A DNA stretch of 46,094 bases from a virus. Shown in pieces: positions 21,543-29,668 of this stretch. The notes below the pieces were generated by a model. The model was not told the origin of the DNA, ran no database searches, and saw nothing but the letters and a program-made list of their open reading frames with translations. The position numbers were made by a program, and so were the translations under genes. The DNA is taken from the UHGV virus genome UHGV-0027450; one strand, 5' to 3'. The stretch's first letter is position 1. Every line of letters begins with the position of its first letter.

Positions 21543-22622
21543 ATGCGCAAGCTAACCACCGAAGAATTCATTTCCAAGGCCAGAATGGTTCATGGCGATA
21601 AGTACATTTATGATAAATCCGTGTACATTGGCTCAAAGATAAAGATAATTATAACCTGCACTTATCACGGTGATTTTGAGCATACTCCAGGTGCTCATTT
21701 GAATGGTTCAGGGTGTCCATCTTGCTCTGGAGGCAAGAGGAAGACAACGCGTGAGTTTGTGGCTGATGCGATTGCAAAACATGGTGACTCTTATGATTAT
21801 TCTAAAGTTAAATATATAAACTCACACACAAAAATAACAATAACATGTGCAACCCATGGGGATTTCAGTCAGCTTCCTTATAAGCACCTTGAAGGTTTAG
21901 GGTGCAGATTGTGCGGATATAAAATCATATCCGAAAAGAAAACGCATTCTATTGGTAGTTTTATTTCTAGAGCTGTCGCCAGACATGGGTTGAGATATTA
22001 TTACTCCGCTGCTAACTTTCATGGCATGGATGCCGATGTTAATATTAAATGCAACATACATGGGTTATTTACTCAGAGAGCCATATCACATGTAAACGGC
22101 AAGGGGTGTCCGTCATGTGGCATTCAGTCTAGAACTGAAGGAAGGACTTTAAAAGTAGACGATTTCATCATCAGATCAAATAAAATTCACGATTCAAGAT
22201 ATGACTATCATCTTGTTGATTATAGAAATGTAATGAGTAAGGTAAAAATAGTTTGCCCCATTCATGGTTTATTCATGCAATCACCAAATACACACATGAA
22301 AGGTAGCGGATGCCCTTCGTGTGCAAAAGGTGGATATAATCCATCACTGAACGGATATGTGTATTTCTTGATGGGCGATGGAGTTATTAAAGTTGGATTA
22401 ACTAATAAAATCAGTAAAAGATTAGCGCAACTTAAATCTTCTACACCGTTCGATTTTAGCCTGATCGCAAAGATAAAAACAACCGGAGCAGAAGCCATGC
22501 GCATTGAAAAGTACTATCATAAGAAATACGAAAGTGCAGGACTGACAGGTTTTGATGGCGCAACTGAGTGGCTTAAGTATTCGCCTGAATTAATGGATGA
22601 GATAATGAACAAAGCCCCGTGA
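21543..22622 (+). CDS. four tandem about 65-aa Zn-ribbon repeats fused to a C-terminal T5orf172 (GIY-YIG-like) domain; putative homing-endonuclease-like or DNA-binding selfish gene
   Basis: The repeats follow F(I/V)..A.(A/K)HG..YDYS.V.Y....KI.I.C..HG.F.Q.P..H..G.GCP.C (x4). The C-terminus GYVYFLMGDGVIKVGLTNKISKRLAQL...GATEWL matches T5orf172. It is on the opposite strand inside the tail operon. Confidence 0.7.
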   Translation: MRKLTTEEFISKARMVHGDKYIYDKSVYIGSKIKIIITCTYHGDFEHTPGAHLNGSGCPSCSGGKRKTTREFVADAIAKHGDSYDYSKVKYINSHTKITITCATHGDFSQLPYKHLEGLGCRLCGYKIISEKKTHSIGSFISRAVARHGLRYYYSAANFHGMDADVNIKCNIHGLFTQRAISHVNGKGCPSCGIQSRTEGRTLKVDDFIIRSNKIHDSRYDYHLVDYRNVMSKVKIVCPIHGLFMQSPNTHMKGSGCPSCAKGGYNPSLNGYVYFLMGDGVIKVGLTNKISKRLAQLKSSTPFDFSLIAKIKTTGAEAMRIEKYYHKKYESAGLTGFDGATEWLKYSPELMDEIMNKAP

Positions 22623-22638
22623 GGGGCTTATTTTTACT
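22611..22638. terminator. bidirectional intrinsic terminator
   Basis: Hairpin aaagccccg-tga-ggggcttt followed by tttttact. Shared by the 21543 gene and the convergent tape-measure gene. Confidence 0.6.
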
Positions 22639-25543
22639 CTGTTGCTCGTCTGTTAGTATTGTAGTTTCTTGAGATGGCTTGCCCTATTGGGCCATTTTCC
22701 GAAATATCACTAACAATCGTCTCAATTGTCACGCTGCCGTCACCATTGTCTCTGGCGCTGCTGCTAACCTGTGCTGAGCTGTTATTGATAATGCTATTAT
22801 AAACTACAACGCCACTGCTGCCGCCTGTCAGGTCTTTGTTGCTAATTACGCGCCCGCTGTCGCCAGGTATCATGTACTGATGACCGTTTGATGCCTGGAA
22901 TATCTCAGGGAGGTTATTCTCGCCGACGCGGTACATTGAGCCTTCCTGCGCGGGACCACCGTTTTTCAGAGCGCCAGCAATGGATAACGTTTTTGCAAGA
23001 CCAACAGTTGCAGACATGCCAGCCATAGCGGGAGCTGAGTTTGTGCCAGCAGTTGCGAGGGATGTCATTGCTGCGGCAGGAGCCATTGCAGCCGATATTG
23101 CTGCAGCTTGAGCAATTGTTGCAGCAGAAGCCGCCGCCATGCCAGCTTGACCCATTATCACCGACTGCGCCCACTGGATACCCATTTGCACAAACGCATT
23201 GATAACGCTGGACAGAATGTTTGAGCCAATAGAACGGAGTGCATCTGATACAGACATTGAACCAGTAAGGATGCCAGTTAACGCGTTTCCAGCAGTCTGC
23301 CCAAAAGCATCAAACGCCGCCGCCGCCGCTTGTGTGGCTGCGTTTTGCTGACTCCACTCCTGCCACATGGCTTCAATTCGTTTTTGCCTGTATTGTTCTT
23401 CAATGGTGGCTCTTGTTTGCTGTATCTCTGCCATTTTTTGCGGGTACGCTTTGGCATAAGCATCCAAATCAGCCATATCCTTCTGATAGGATGTTTCTAC
23501 AGCAAACATTGGTGAGGTTTGCGATTTTAGCGCGCTGTATCCTTTTACAGCATCTATTCTTTCCTTCTCCGCTGCCGCCTGCTCCTTCAGCGCATTCTTC
23601 TGGTCCCAAATCTTCGCAGCGTACTCGCCAGCCAGTTTTATCTGCTCCTGAGTGGCTGCTTTACCAAGCGATTGCTGCGCATTGAGGATGGCTTGCTCGC
23701 GTGAGAGTTCTTTTGTGGACTCAGCATGACCAGCGAGCAGCGCCTCATCCCGAAGTTTGTTTAATTTCTGCTGGATGGTTTCCTGTTGCTTTAATTCTGT
23801 TTTCAGCTGGTTATTTGCATTACGTTCATCTTTTGTCGCCTGAGCGTTTCTTTCCTGCTGGCGATAAGTTTCAAGACGAACGTTGTAGTATTCGCGGAAA
23901 GCGGCGGTGTTTTGTTTTAACCCCTGCGCCTCCGCATCTCGCCACGCCTGAGCTTTTAGCTTTTCATCGCCAGTTTGTTTCTCAATAAATAATGTCTGGC
24001 GAGCAGTTTGTAGCGCCTTATCCTGACTTGATGTTAAGGAGTCTGTCATCTCCTTGAGAGCCTTCAGGCGCATTGTTGCATCGGTTGTTGTTGTGGCAAT
24101 TTCCAGCAAACGAGCAGCATACTCTCTTGCCTTTTGCGCGCCAGATGACTGTCCCTCACCTACCTTTTGCAGAGTAACGATTAACTCATTAAGTTTTTCA
24201 TTGCTTGGGTTTTTAGCAATTTCAGAGAGCTGCTTGGCAAACTCAAATGCCTGCTGGTCGGTCAAATCAAAGCGACTTGCCAGAGCGCCGACGGTAGCAA
24301 TCATGTTATTCATCGTAGATTGCCCGGCAAGTCCGGCTGATGCAGCCTGCTTCATTGCCTCGCTGAAATCATTGGTGGTGATATTCAGCATTGAGAGGTA
24401 ATCATTAAACGATTTAACGCTGACATTTGCACCAGCAAAAGAGGCGAAAAGCCTGTCGCCAAAGGTGACAAACTCACCGGATGCTTTTGATACTTCCTTG
24501 GATACCTTTGAGAGCGCCGCTGAAAGTTCAAGTTGCGCTTGCTGACGCATCAGTGTTGCAACGGTTGTGTTTGCCTTTGCCAGTGCTGCAAACTTATCTG
24601 AATATGCTGCCACGCCATTACTGGAAACGCTTATAACCTGATCCATTGCAGAAATGGCATCCTTCATGGCATCAATAGCATTCTTGCCATTACTCAGTGA
24701 AGCCATCAGGGAGCCAGCAATAACTGTCGCTATTGTCAATACTGCGCCAGCTACCGGGCTGAATACAGATGCAAGTTGCGAACCCTGCTGACTGAATGCA
24801 ACAAGCGCAGACTGCCCACTCTGAACCTGAACAATAAAGTCCTGAACCTGATAACCGCCCTGTTGTAGCGCGTTCCTGAATCCGTTTGTTGATTTGCCAG
24901 CCGACTCTGTGCCATTCTTCATGTCGTACAGGCGACCAGTCAGCTCAGCAATCTTGGCCTTTTGCGCGTCGGTTGCGCCATCTCCAGCTCTGAGTTGCGC
25001 CGCAAGAATTGCCGCACTTCTCGCGCCGTTTTCCATTTGCTCTTCAAGAATGGCAACCTGATTGCCGAGGCTTTCAATTAACCTTTCTGTGCCAGATATG
25101 CTTGCTCCGGCGCCGCCAGTAGATGTCCCAAGCTCACGAATAGCAGTCGTAACGGCATTAATTGAGGTTTCCAGTCTGCCAGTAGAAACAGCGGCTTGTT
25201 GCTGTTGCTGCTGCATCATGGCAAGTTGCTGATTTAATGCGTCGATAACCTGATTCGCTGACTCAGCAGATTGCGATGTTGATTTGACAGCGCTTGCCGC
25301 GCCATCACTGGAAGCAGCCATCTTGCTGAGAGTCGCATCAATGCTTTTAACCACGGAGACAAGGGATGAGAATGCCTTGCCAGTTGAATCAGCCTGACCA
25401 TCAAGTTTATTTAAATTCTTCATGGAGCCACTTACAGCGGAGTCAAATTTTGATAATTCTGATTCCGCTGAACTTGTGCCAGCTTTAAGCCCGGATACAT
25501 CCATCCCGACTTCGTAGACAATTCCGCCGACTTCTTCAGTCAT
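22634..25543 (-). CDS. tail tape measure protein
   Basis: 969 aa. Ala/Gln-rich coiled-coil with a hydrophobic Ala/Gly-rich segment near the C-terminus. SD gagga. Sits in the H position of the tail operon. Confidence 0.85.
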   Translation of the reverse strand: MTEEVGGIVYEVGMDVSGLKAGTSSAESELSKFDSAVSGSMKNLNKLDGQADSTGKAFSSLVSVVKSIDATLSKMAASSDGAASAVKSTSQSAESANQVIDALNQQLAMMQQQQQQAAVSTGRLETSINAVTTAIRELGTSTGGAGASISGTERLIESLGNQVAILEEQMENGARSAAILAAQLRAGDGATDAQKAKIAELTGRLYDMKNGTESAGKSTNGFRNALQQGGYQVQDFIVQVQSGQSALVAFSQQGSQLASVFSPVAGAVLTIATVIAGSLMASLSNGKNAIDAMKDAISAMDQVISVSSNGVAAYSDKFAALAKANTTVATLMRQQAQLELSAALSKVSKEVSKASGEFVTFGDRLFASFAGANVSVKSFNDYLSMLNITTNDFSEAMKQAASAGLAGQSTMNNMIATVGALASRFDLTDQQAFEFAKQLSEIAKNPSNEKLNELIVTLQKVGEGQSSGAQKAREYAARLLEIATTTTDATMRLKALKEMTDSLTSSQDKALQTARQTLFIEKQTGDEKLKAQAWRDAEAQGLKQNTAAFREYYNVRLETYRQQERNAQATKDERNANNQLKTELKQQETIQQKLNKLRDEALLAGHAESTKELSREQAILNAQQSLGKAATQEQIKLAGEYAAKIWDQKNALKEQAAAEKERIDAVKGYSALKSQTSPMFAVETSYQKDMADLDAYAKAYPQKMAEIQQTRATIEEQYRQKRIEAMWQEWSQQNAATQAAAAAFDAFGQTAGNALTGILTGSMSVSDALRSIGSNILSSVINAFVQMGIQWAQSVIMGQAGMAAASAATIAQAAAISAAMAPAAAMTSLATAGTNSAPAMAGMSATVGLAKTLSIAGALKNGGPAQEGSMYRVGENNLPEIFQASNGHQYMIPGDSGRVISNKDLTGGSSGVVVYNSIINNSSAQVSSSARDNGDGSVTIETIVSDISENGPIGQAISRNYNTNRRATE

Positions 25544-26259
25544 TATGTATTCCTCGTTTTTTTCGCTTTGCGTTCAGCCAGTGCCTTCATGCGCTCACGG
25601 TCTGCTTTAGCCTGATCGTACTCTGCCGCGCGCTCTTCTTTCGTTAACCCTTTCGGCTCTGGATATTTATTCTTAATCATCATCTGAAACTCTGTCATGG
25701 ACAGGTTTTCAGCTTCTTTACGCGTCATGTCGAAATGCGTGCGCGCTGAGATGATGTATTGCGACGCATGAAACTCGTTTGTGGTTTTCTTGCCCTGCTC
25801 TTCCAGACGCTCAGGCACTTTTAGTGGCGACTTGCCTATGATGCCGTGCTGCATCAGGTTGCGCGCAATAATAATAATGTCGCTCACTGGCATAATGCCC
25901 GGCACGTATCGCACGCCGCGTGGTGTTGGTTTCCATCCACCAATCAGCACAGAAATATCATCTTCACAGCATGACTGCATGACGATATATGCCGCGCTCA
26001 GCACATGGCGACCATACACTGGCTTGCTGATGGTTTTCATAACCTGCATCTGAGCGCCAAATGGCAGGTATTCTACGTGCTGCAATGCCGCAACATAATC
26101 AATGCCATTGAGCTTAGCGTACACCTCGACGATTTCCTTTGGTGTGCCGATTTCATTCATGGCGCGGAATGATGGCTTGAAGAAAAAACTCCTGTCGGAA
26201 AGCGAGATGCGCATCTCTCCGATTTCTGTTAGTGGTGTGCGATTACTCATGTTTTGCAT
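25543..26259 (-). CDS. putative tail assembly chaperone (lambda G/GT position)
   Basis: 238 aa, directly upstream of and overlapping the tape-measure start. No slippery frameshift site was seen. Confidence 0.45.
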   Translation of the reverse strand: MQNMSNRTPLTEIGEMRISLSDRSFFFKPSFRAMNEIGTPKEIVEVYAKLNGIDYVAALQHVEYLPFGAQMQVMKTISKPVYGRHVLSAAYIVMQSCCEDDISVLIGGWKPTPRGVRYVPGIMPVSDIIIIARNLMQHGIIGKSPLKVPERLEEQGKKTTNEFHASQYIISARTHFDMTRKEAENLSMTEFQMMIKNKYPEPKGLTKEERAAEYDQAKADRERMKALAERKAKKTRNT

Positions 26260-26299
26260 CCTGAATTTGACTGATGTTGATTATATCATCTCAGTGGTG

Positions 26300-26328
26300 T
26301 TGACACCTGTTAGGTGGTGATGTAGATT
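26300..26328 (+). promoter_or_regulatory. sigma70-type promoter, TTGACA-17-TAGATT, for the moron cluster
   Basis: TTGACA-cctgttaggtggtgatg-TAGATT-caagtcatcgaaac. The minus strand of 26281-26290 carries an extended -10, TGATATAAT, for the downstream tail genes. Confidence 0.55.
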
Positions 26329-26363
26329 CAAGTCATCGAAACGAGTGATGAATGAGGTGAGTT

Positions 26364-26657
26364 ATGAAAATTAAAATGTTGATCGCATCCGTCCTGTTGG
26401 CTTCTTCTTTCTCTGCTGTAGCAACATCAGAGACGTGCAAGAATATTGGCGACATCGCATTGAATACGGCTGAAGTTCGAGATAACGGTGTTAGCAAAAA
26501 TCTTGCAGAGGTTGTGGTAAAAGGCTCAGCAAAAAACAACCCGCAGGCGGAAATTATTGGCCTTGCTATTGTAGAAATGGTTTATGCACGCAAGGATATG
26601 ACCAAAGAGCAATTGCGTGATGTAGCTGTTGCTTTGTGCGAAAAACAAGGGATGTAA
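26364..26657 (+). CDS. small secreted protein with a signal peptide; candidate superinfection-exclusion/receptor-blocking protein
   Basis: MKIKMLIASVLLASSFSAVA-TSETC has a signal peptidase I type cleavage site. Two Cys residues in the mature part. SD gaggtgag. Confidence 0.6.
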   Translation: MKIKMLIASVLLASSFSAVATSETCKNIGDIALNTAEVRDNGVSKNLAEVVVKGSAKNNPQAEIIGLAIVEMVYARKDMTKEQLRDVAVALCEKQGM

Positions 26658-26666
26658 GGTTCCCCT

Positions 26667-26810
26667 ATGAACGAACAAACAAAAGCAGACCTGATTTTCT
26701 ACACTGAACTGTATGTTGATGCAGGTTACGATTATGAAGAAGCAGAGCGTATGGCTAAAGACTTGCTTCGTGTTATTGGTGTTATTTTTGATGAGGATAA
26801 GGTGATATGA
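26667..26810 (+). CDS. hypothetical protein (47 aa)
   Basis: Translates MNEQTKADLIFYTELYVDAGYDYEEAERMAKDLLRVIGVIFDEDKVI. ATGA-coupled to the next gene. Not in the track (<60 aa). Confidence 0.35.
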   Translation: MNEQTKADLIFYTELYVDAGYDYEEAERMAKDLLRVIGVIFDEDKVI

Positions 26811-27139
26811 AAAATTATGGGGACATGAGTGATTCACAAATAGCGCAAAAGGTTTTCTTTTTTGTGAGTGGCAATCTTTGCCCAAACGGAGGATTGGCTC
26901 ATATCAGTTCAGATGGGTTCTTCTTTTTTGATGACAAAAACATTAAGAGGAAGTTTGACCCATGCAACAACCCATCTGATGCGTGGCCTATTATAGTTGA
27001 TAATGAGATAAGCATAAATCGTTGGGAGATATCAGATGACTGGCGAGCAGACCGTTTTGGTCATTTTGATACTGGGGATGACAAACCACTCCGCGCCGCC
27101 ATGATTGTTTTCATGAAAATGAATGAGGATAAATTATGA
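26807..27139 (+). CDS. DUF2591-like phage protein
   Basis: 110 aa. The motif FDPCNNPSDAWPIIV resembles the DUF2591 core. Confidence 0.5.
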   Translation: MKNYGDMSDSQIAQKVFFFVSGNLCPNGGLAHISSDGFFFFDDKNIKRKFDPCNNPSDAWPIIVDNEISINRWEISDDWRADRFGHFDTGDDKPLRAAMIVFMKMNEDKL

Positions 27140-27336
27140 GCAAGTGGATTAAGTGTAGTGAGCGGATGCCGGAAGAAGGTGAGATGGTTCTCACGGCGTT
27201 TCGTGGCGTCGTTAGAACTGCTATATGCAAAACCGTAGATGATATTGGCGCTAAAATATTTGTTAGCGAATTAGACCGCTGTCACGGAATTCCAGCTACC
27301 CACTGGGCTAATGCACCAGAACCACCACAAGAATAA
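27136..27336 (+). CDS. DUF551 protein
   Basis: The N-terminus MSKWIKCSERMPEEGEMVL and C-terminal PEPP match the DUF551 signature WIxCsDRLPE. Confidence 0.65.
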   Translation: MSKWIKCSERMPEEGEMVLTAFRGVVRTAICKTVDDIGAKIFVSELDRCHGIPATHWANAPEPPQE

Positions 27337-27367
27337 AAAAAAGCCCCGAAAGGGGCTTTTTCTTTAT
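27335..27367. terminator. bidirectional intrinsic terminator
   Basis: aaaaaaaagccccg-aaa-ggggctttttctttat. It lies between the convergent moron cluster and the major tail gene. Confidence 0.7.
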
Positions 27368-28083
27368 CAGGATACGGTGCACGCCGTGCTGATAATAATT
27401 TCCGGGTCAGTAGACGAATCCGTTACCGTGACGGTATACACACCAGCGGTAGGGCTTGCCAGTGTTGCGCCTGACTCACTGCCGACAACCACACCATCTT
27501 TGCGCCACACGTAGGTGTAAGGAGCAACGCCACCTTCAACAGCAACGGTCAACGGGCTGCCAGTGCTGCCAGTTGATGGCAGGTCGGTAGTGAATGCCAG
27601 AGGTTCAAGGCTTTCGACGGTAACACTGTCAGAGTCATACACCTTAAACTCAAGGCTGCCGGTTACGATGTCGTTAGTGCCGCCTTCGTAACTGATGCTG
27701 GTGATGTTGCAGTACGCGGTAACGATAGTCGCACCAGTCACCTGACGCACCCACAGGGAAGGTTGGCGGCGACCATTCATTTCAGTGGTGTAAATCTCAA
27801 CCAGACGATGGAAACCAAATTCATCGCTCGGGTCATTCTTGCGGATTTCAACCTCTGCGCTGATGGTCATATCAGAGCTGGTAACGAGAGTGGAAACAAA
27901 ACCGCCAGCGGTATCCGCTTCTGACGTAGTGGTCTGTGGCGAGTAGTCAACGCCTTTACTGGTGGTTGAACCTAAATATTTCCAGTCTTCCGCGTCAGGA
28001 ACTGCGTCGCCGCACCCTTCAGCAAGGAACAGTCGGGTCATGCGACCGACCAGAACGCCTTTATCATTTGCACAAATAGCCAT
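27367..28083 (-). CDS. major tail protein with C-terminal Ig-like (Big_2-type) domain
   Basis: 238 aa. SD ggaga. The C-terminus LTVAVEGGVAPYTYVWRKDGVVVG...GVYTVTVTD is Ig-like. Sits in the V position of the tail operon. Confidence 0.75.
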   Translation of the reverse strand: MAICANDKGVLVGRMTRLFLAEGCGDAVPDAEDWKYLGSTTSKGVDYSPQTTTSEADTAGGFVSTLVTSSDMTISAEVEIRKNDPSDEFGFHRLVEIYTTEMNGRRQPSLWVRQVTGATIVTAYCNITSISYEGGTNDIVTGSLEFKVYDSDSVTVESLEPLAFTTDLPSTGSTGSPLTVAVEGGVAPYTYVWRKDGVVVGSESGATLASPTAGVYTVTVTDSSTDPEIIISTACTVS

Positions 28084-28116
28084 TTCGATCTCCGAATTGT
28101 GTTAGCTGCTAACGTG

Positions 28117-28125
28117 GTGATTATA
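28117..28125 (-). promoter_or_regulatory. extended -10 promoter (TGATATAAT) for the major tail gene
   Basis: Read on the minus strand: cctgTGATATAATcacc, 35 nt upstream of the ATG at 28083. The same element occurs at the 26282 cassette. Confidence 0.4.
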
Positions 28126-28134
28126 TCACAGGTG

Positions 28135-28163
28135 TTGACAGTGATTATTTTGTGGTGTAGATT
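28135..28163 (+). promoter_or_regulatory. sigma70-type promoter, TTGACA-17-TAGATT, driving the ncRNA-tRNA transcript
   Basis: TTGACA(28135-28140)-gtgattattttgtggtg-TAGATT(28158-28163). Paralogous to the 26300 promoter. Confidence 0.55.
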
Positions 28164-28169
28164 GTATTT

Positions 28170-28790
28170 AAGATAGTTTTCGTGAGCGACTTTGCGGACT
28201 TTTTATAAACTGACCACAAAGATAAATGCAAACGATGATGTTGTTCTGATGGCGGCGTAATAGCCTGTAAGTCAGCAAGGTCTTCCGATTCCTTGTAAAC
28301 AAATTCGGCGCAGTGGCCCGCTGTGATTAATAATGGGCACCTACCAATGAGAGCATTGTGATTGATCGTCGTTCTTGCGCGCAAAGTATGCTCGAAGACA
28401 GTGCTCTCTTTAGTGGGTAACAACGGGCATGTCGCCTTAGTAAATCCCGCACAGGTGCAGCGAATAATCCGGTAATGTCGTTGCCGTAAGCCACACGAAA
28501 CGTGGCACACAACAGGTAAGAGCATTGAATGTTGACTGGCTTAGCGTACCAAATCCAACATTGTTGCAGCAGTGCTCTTTCAGTTGTGGTGAATGCGCAG
28601 GCTGATGCGCTATAAAAATGCGGCGAAGCCAGTACGTAAACCCGTGCCGTTTCGCACCTAAGCCGGAGATCAGCGCCGGCCACCACAACACTTAATATCC
28701 AGCGTTATCGCAATCATATGTAGGGGTATGTATGGGTTACGGGGCTGGATATTAAGAAAGCACGCTGGCAATGCTTAAACCAGCACTTAT
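28170..28790 (+). ncRNA. about 620-nt ORF-free, hairpin-rich transcribed leader; candidate large structured ncRNA co-transcribed with the tRNA
   Basis: No plus-strand ORF of 60 aa or more. The minus-strand ORFs overlap each other in different frames and have junk composition. Many local stems are present: gccacacgaaacgtggc, gcgcaggctgatgcgc, ccggagatcagcgccgg, gtgccgtttcgcac, and a 13-bp stem cttaatatccagc/gctggatattaag. The region is bounded by a promoter and a tRNA plus terminator. Confidence 0.4.
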
Positions 28791-28867
28791 GGACGCGTAG
28801 CTTAATTGGTTAAAGCAACCGACTCATAATCGGCTGATTGAAGGTTCAAATCCGTCCGTGTCCACCA
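28791..28867 (+). tRNA. tRNA with anticodon CAU (Met elongator-type or Ile2/lysidine), CCA encoded
   Basis: Acceptor stem ggacgcg/cgtgtcc (one G-U pair), D-stem gctt/aagc, anticodon loop ctCATaa, T-loop ttcaaat. One mismatch each in the anticodon and T stems. Confidence 0.8.
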
Positions 28868-28871
28868 TATT

Positions 28872-28901
28872 AAAAGCCGCTTCATGCGGCTTTATTTATT
28901 T
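28872..28901. terminator. intrinsic terminator after the tRNA
   Basis: aaaagccgc-ttcat-gcggcttt followed by atttatttc. Confidence 0.65.
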
Positions 28902-29270
28902 CACAACCCGCAAAAGCAACTCATGCACAGGCCGCTTCTCTTCTGTTAGCATCGGCCTTCCAAGTGGCGCTTGCAACTGGATATAGTTAACGCATGAGTC
29001 AATCGGATGGGTTTTGATGTATTCGATAATCTCCAGTGCCTTCGCATCAACATCCTGAACGTTATATTGCCCTTGTTTCCCAACAACATACAGCGAGAAA
29101 TAGAAATCACCGCCGAGGCCATCCATCACCTGCGTGCCACCATTGGATTGCAAAACAATAAACTGCTCGTTGCCATCTCCGGTGTCATTCCAGAACTGCA
29201 ACTGCGAAGTCCATCCATCGTACAATCCGGCATCCTGAAGATATGCATCAACAAGCTCAAGCATATTCAT
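28896..29270 (-). CDS. neck/tail completion protein (putative tail terminator)
   Basis: 124 aa. Last gene of the connector set, before the major tail gene. TAATG-coupled to the upstream gene. Confidence 0.5.
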   Translation of the reverse strand: MNMLELVDAYLQDAGLYDGWTSQLQFWNDTGDGNEQFIVLQSNGGTQVMDGLGGDFYFSLYVVGKQGQYNVQDVDAKALEIIEYIKTHPIDSCVNYIQLQAPLGRPMLTEEKRPVHELLLRVVK

Positions 29271-29668
29271 TAGAGTGTCATCTCCTTCTTGATAGCGCCA
29301 TCGACCAGGTCTTTCGTGCGCTGCGCTCCCTTGGTCAGGAATTGCGGCTCAGCACCCGGCGACCAATACGTGCCGTTACCATTGCTGCGCGGCTTGCCTG
29401 CAAGTTTGCCACTGGCGTTATGGACGTATAGTGCATATTTTGCAGAATAGCCAACCTTGCCAGTGATTCGCGTTCCGCTAACTTCCACAGTATCAAACTG
29501 ACTGTTAATCAGCGTCGATGTATCAATTGGCGTTAGCGTGGCTGATTCGGTGCGGATGATATATGTCGCCGATTTCAGAGCGCGCACGGCTTTCGTGGCG
29601 ATTATCTCATCCACAATCTGCGAAGTCCTCTCTACGGCCTGCCTGACGCCTCTTAATTTCGCTGGCAT
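29270..29668 (-). CDS. head-tail connector protein (HK97 gp10-like)
   Basis: 132-aa track ORF in a coupled chain of connector genes. Confidence 0.5.
   Translation of the reverse strand: MPAKLRGVRQAVERTSQIVDEIIATKAVRALKSATYIIRTESATLTPIDTSTLINSQFDTVEVSGTRITGKVGYSAKYALYVHNASGKLAGKPRSNGNGTYWSPGAEPQFLTKGAQRTKDLVDGAIKKEMTL

Noticed and set aside
22914-24401. Several 60-117-aa ORFs on both strands inside the tape-measure gene
   Set aside because: They are shadow frames of a 969-aa coiled-coil gene, produced by its GC-rich Ala/Gln codon repeats.
25543-26259. A programmed -1 frameshift site (lambda G/GT-like) in the tail chaperone gene
   Set aside because: No second overlapping ORF follows, and no obvious slippery heptamer was found upstream of the tape-measure start. 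The 238-aa ORF appears to be a single product.
28145-28691. Three overlapping minus-strand ORFs (126, 119 and 84 aa) in the region upstream of the tRNA
   Set aside because: They overlap one another in different frames and have no start-codon context or SD. Their products are Cys/His/Arg-rich with junk composition. The region is better explained as a structured noncoding transcript on the plus strand.
28791-28867. The tRNA(CAU) considered as an initiator tRNA-fMet
   Set aside because: The 1:72 pair is a normal G-C. The anticodon stem lacks the three consecutive G-C pairs. It is more consistent with an elongator Met or a lysidine-modified Ile2 tRNA.
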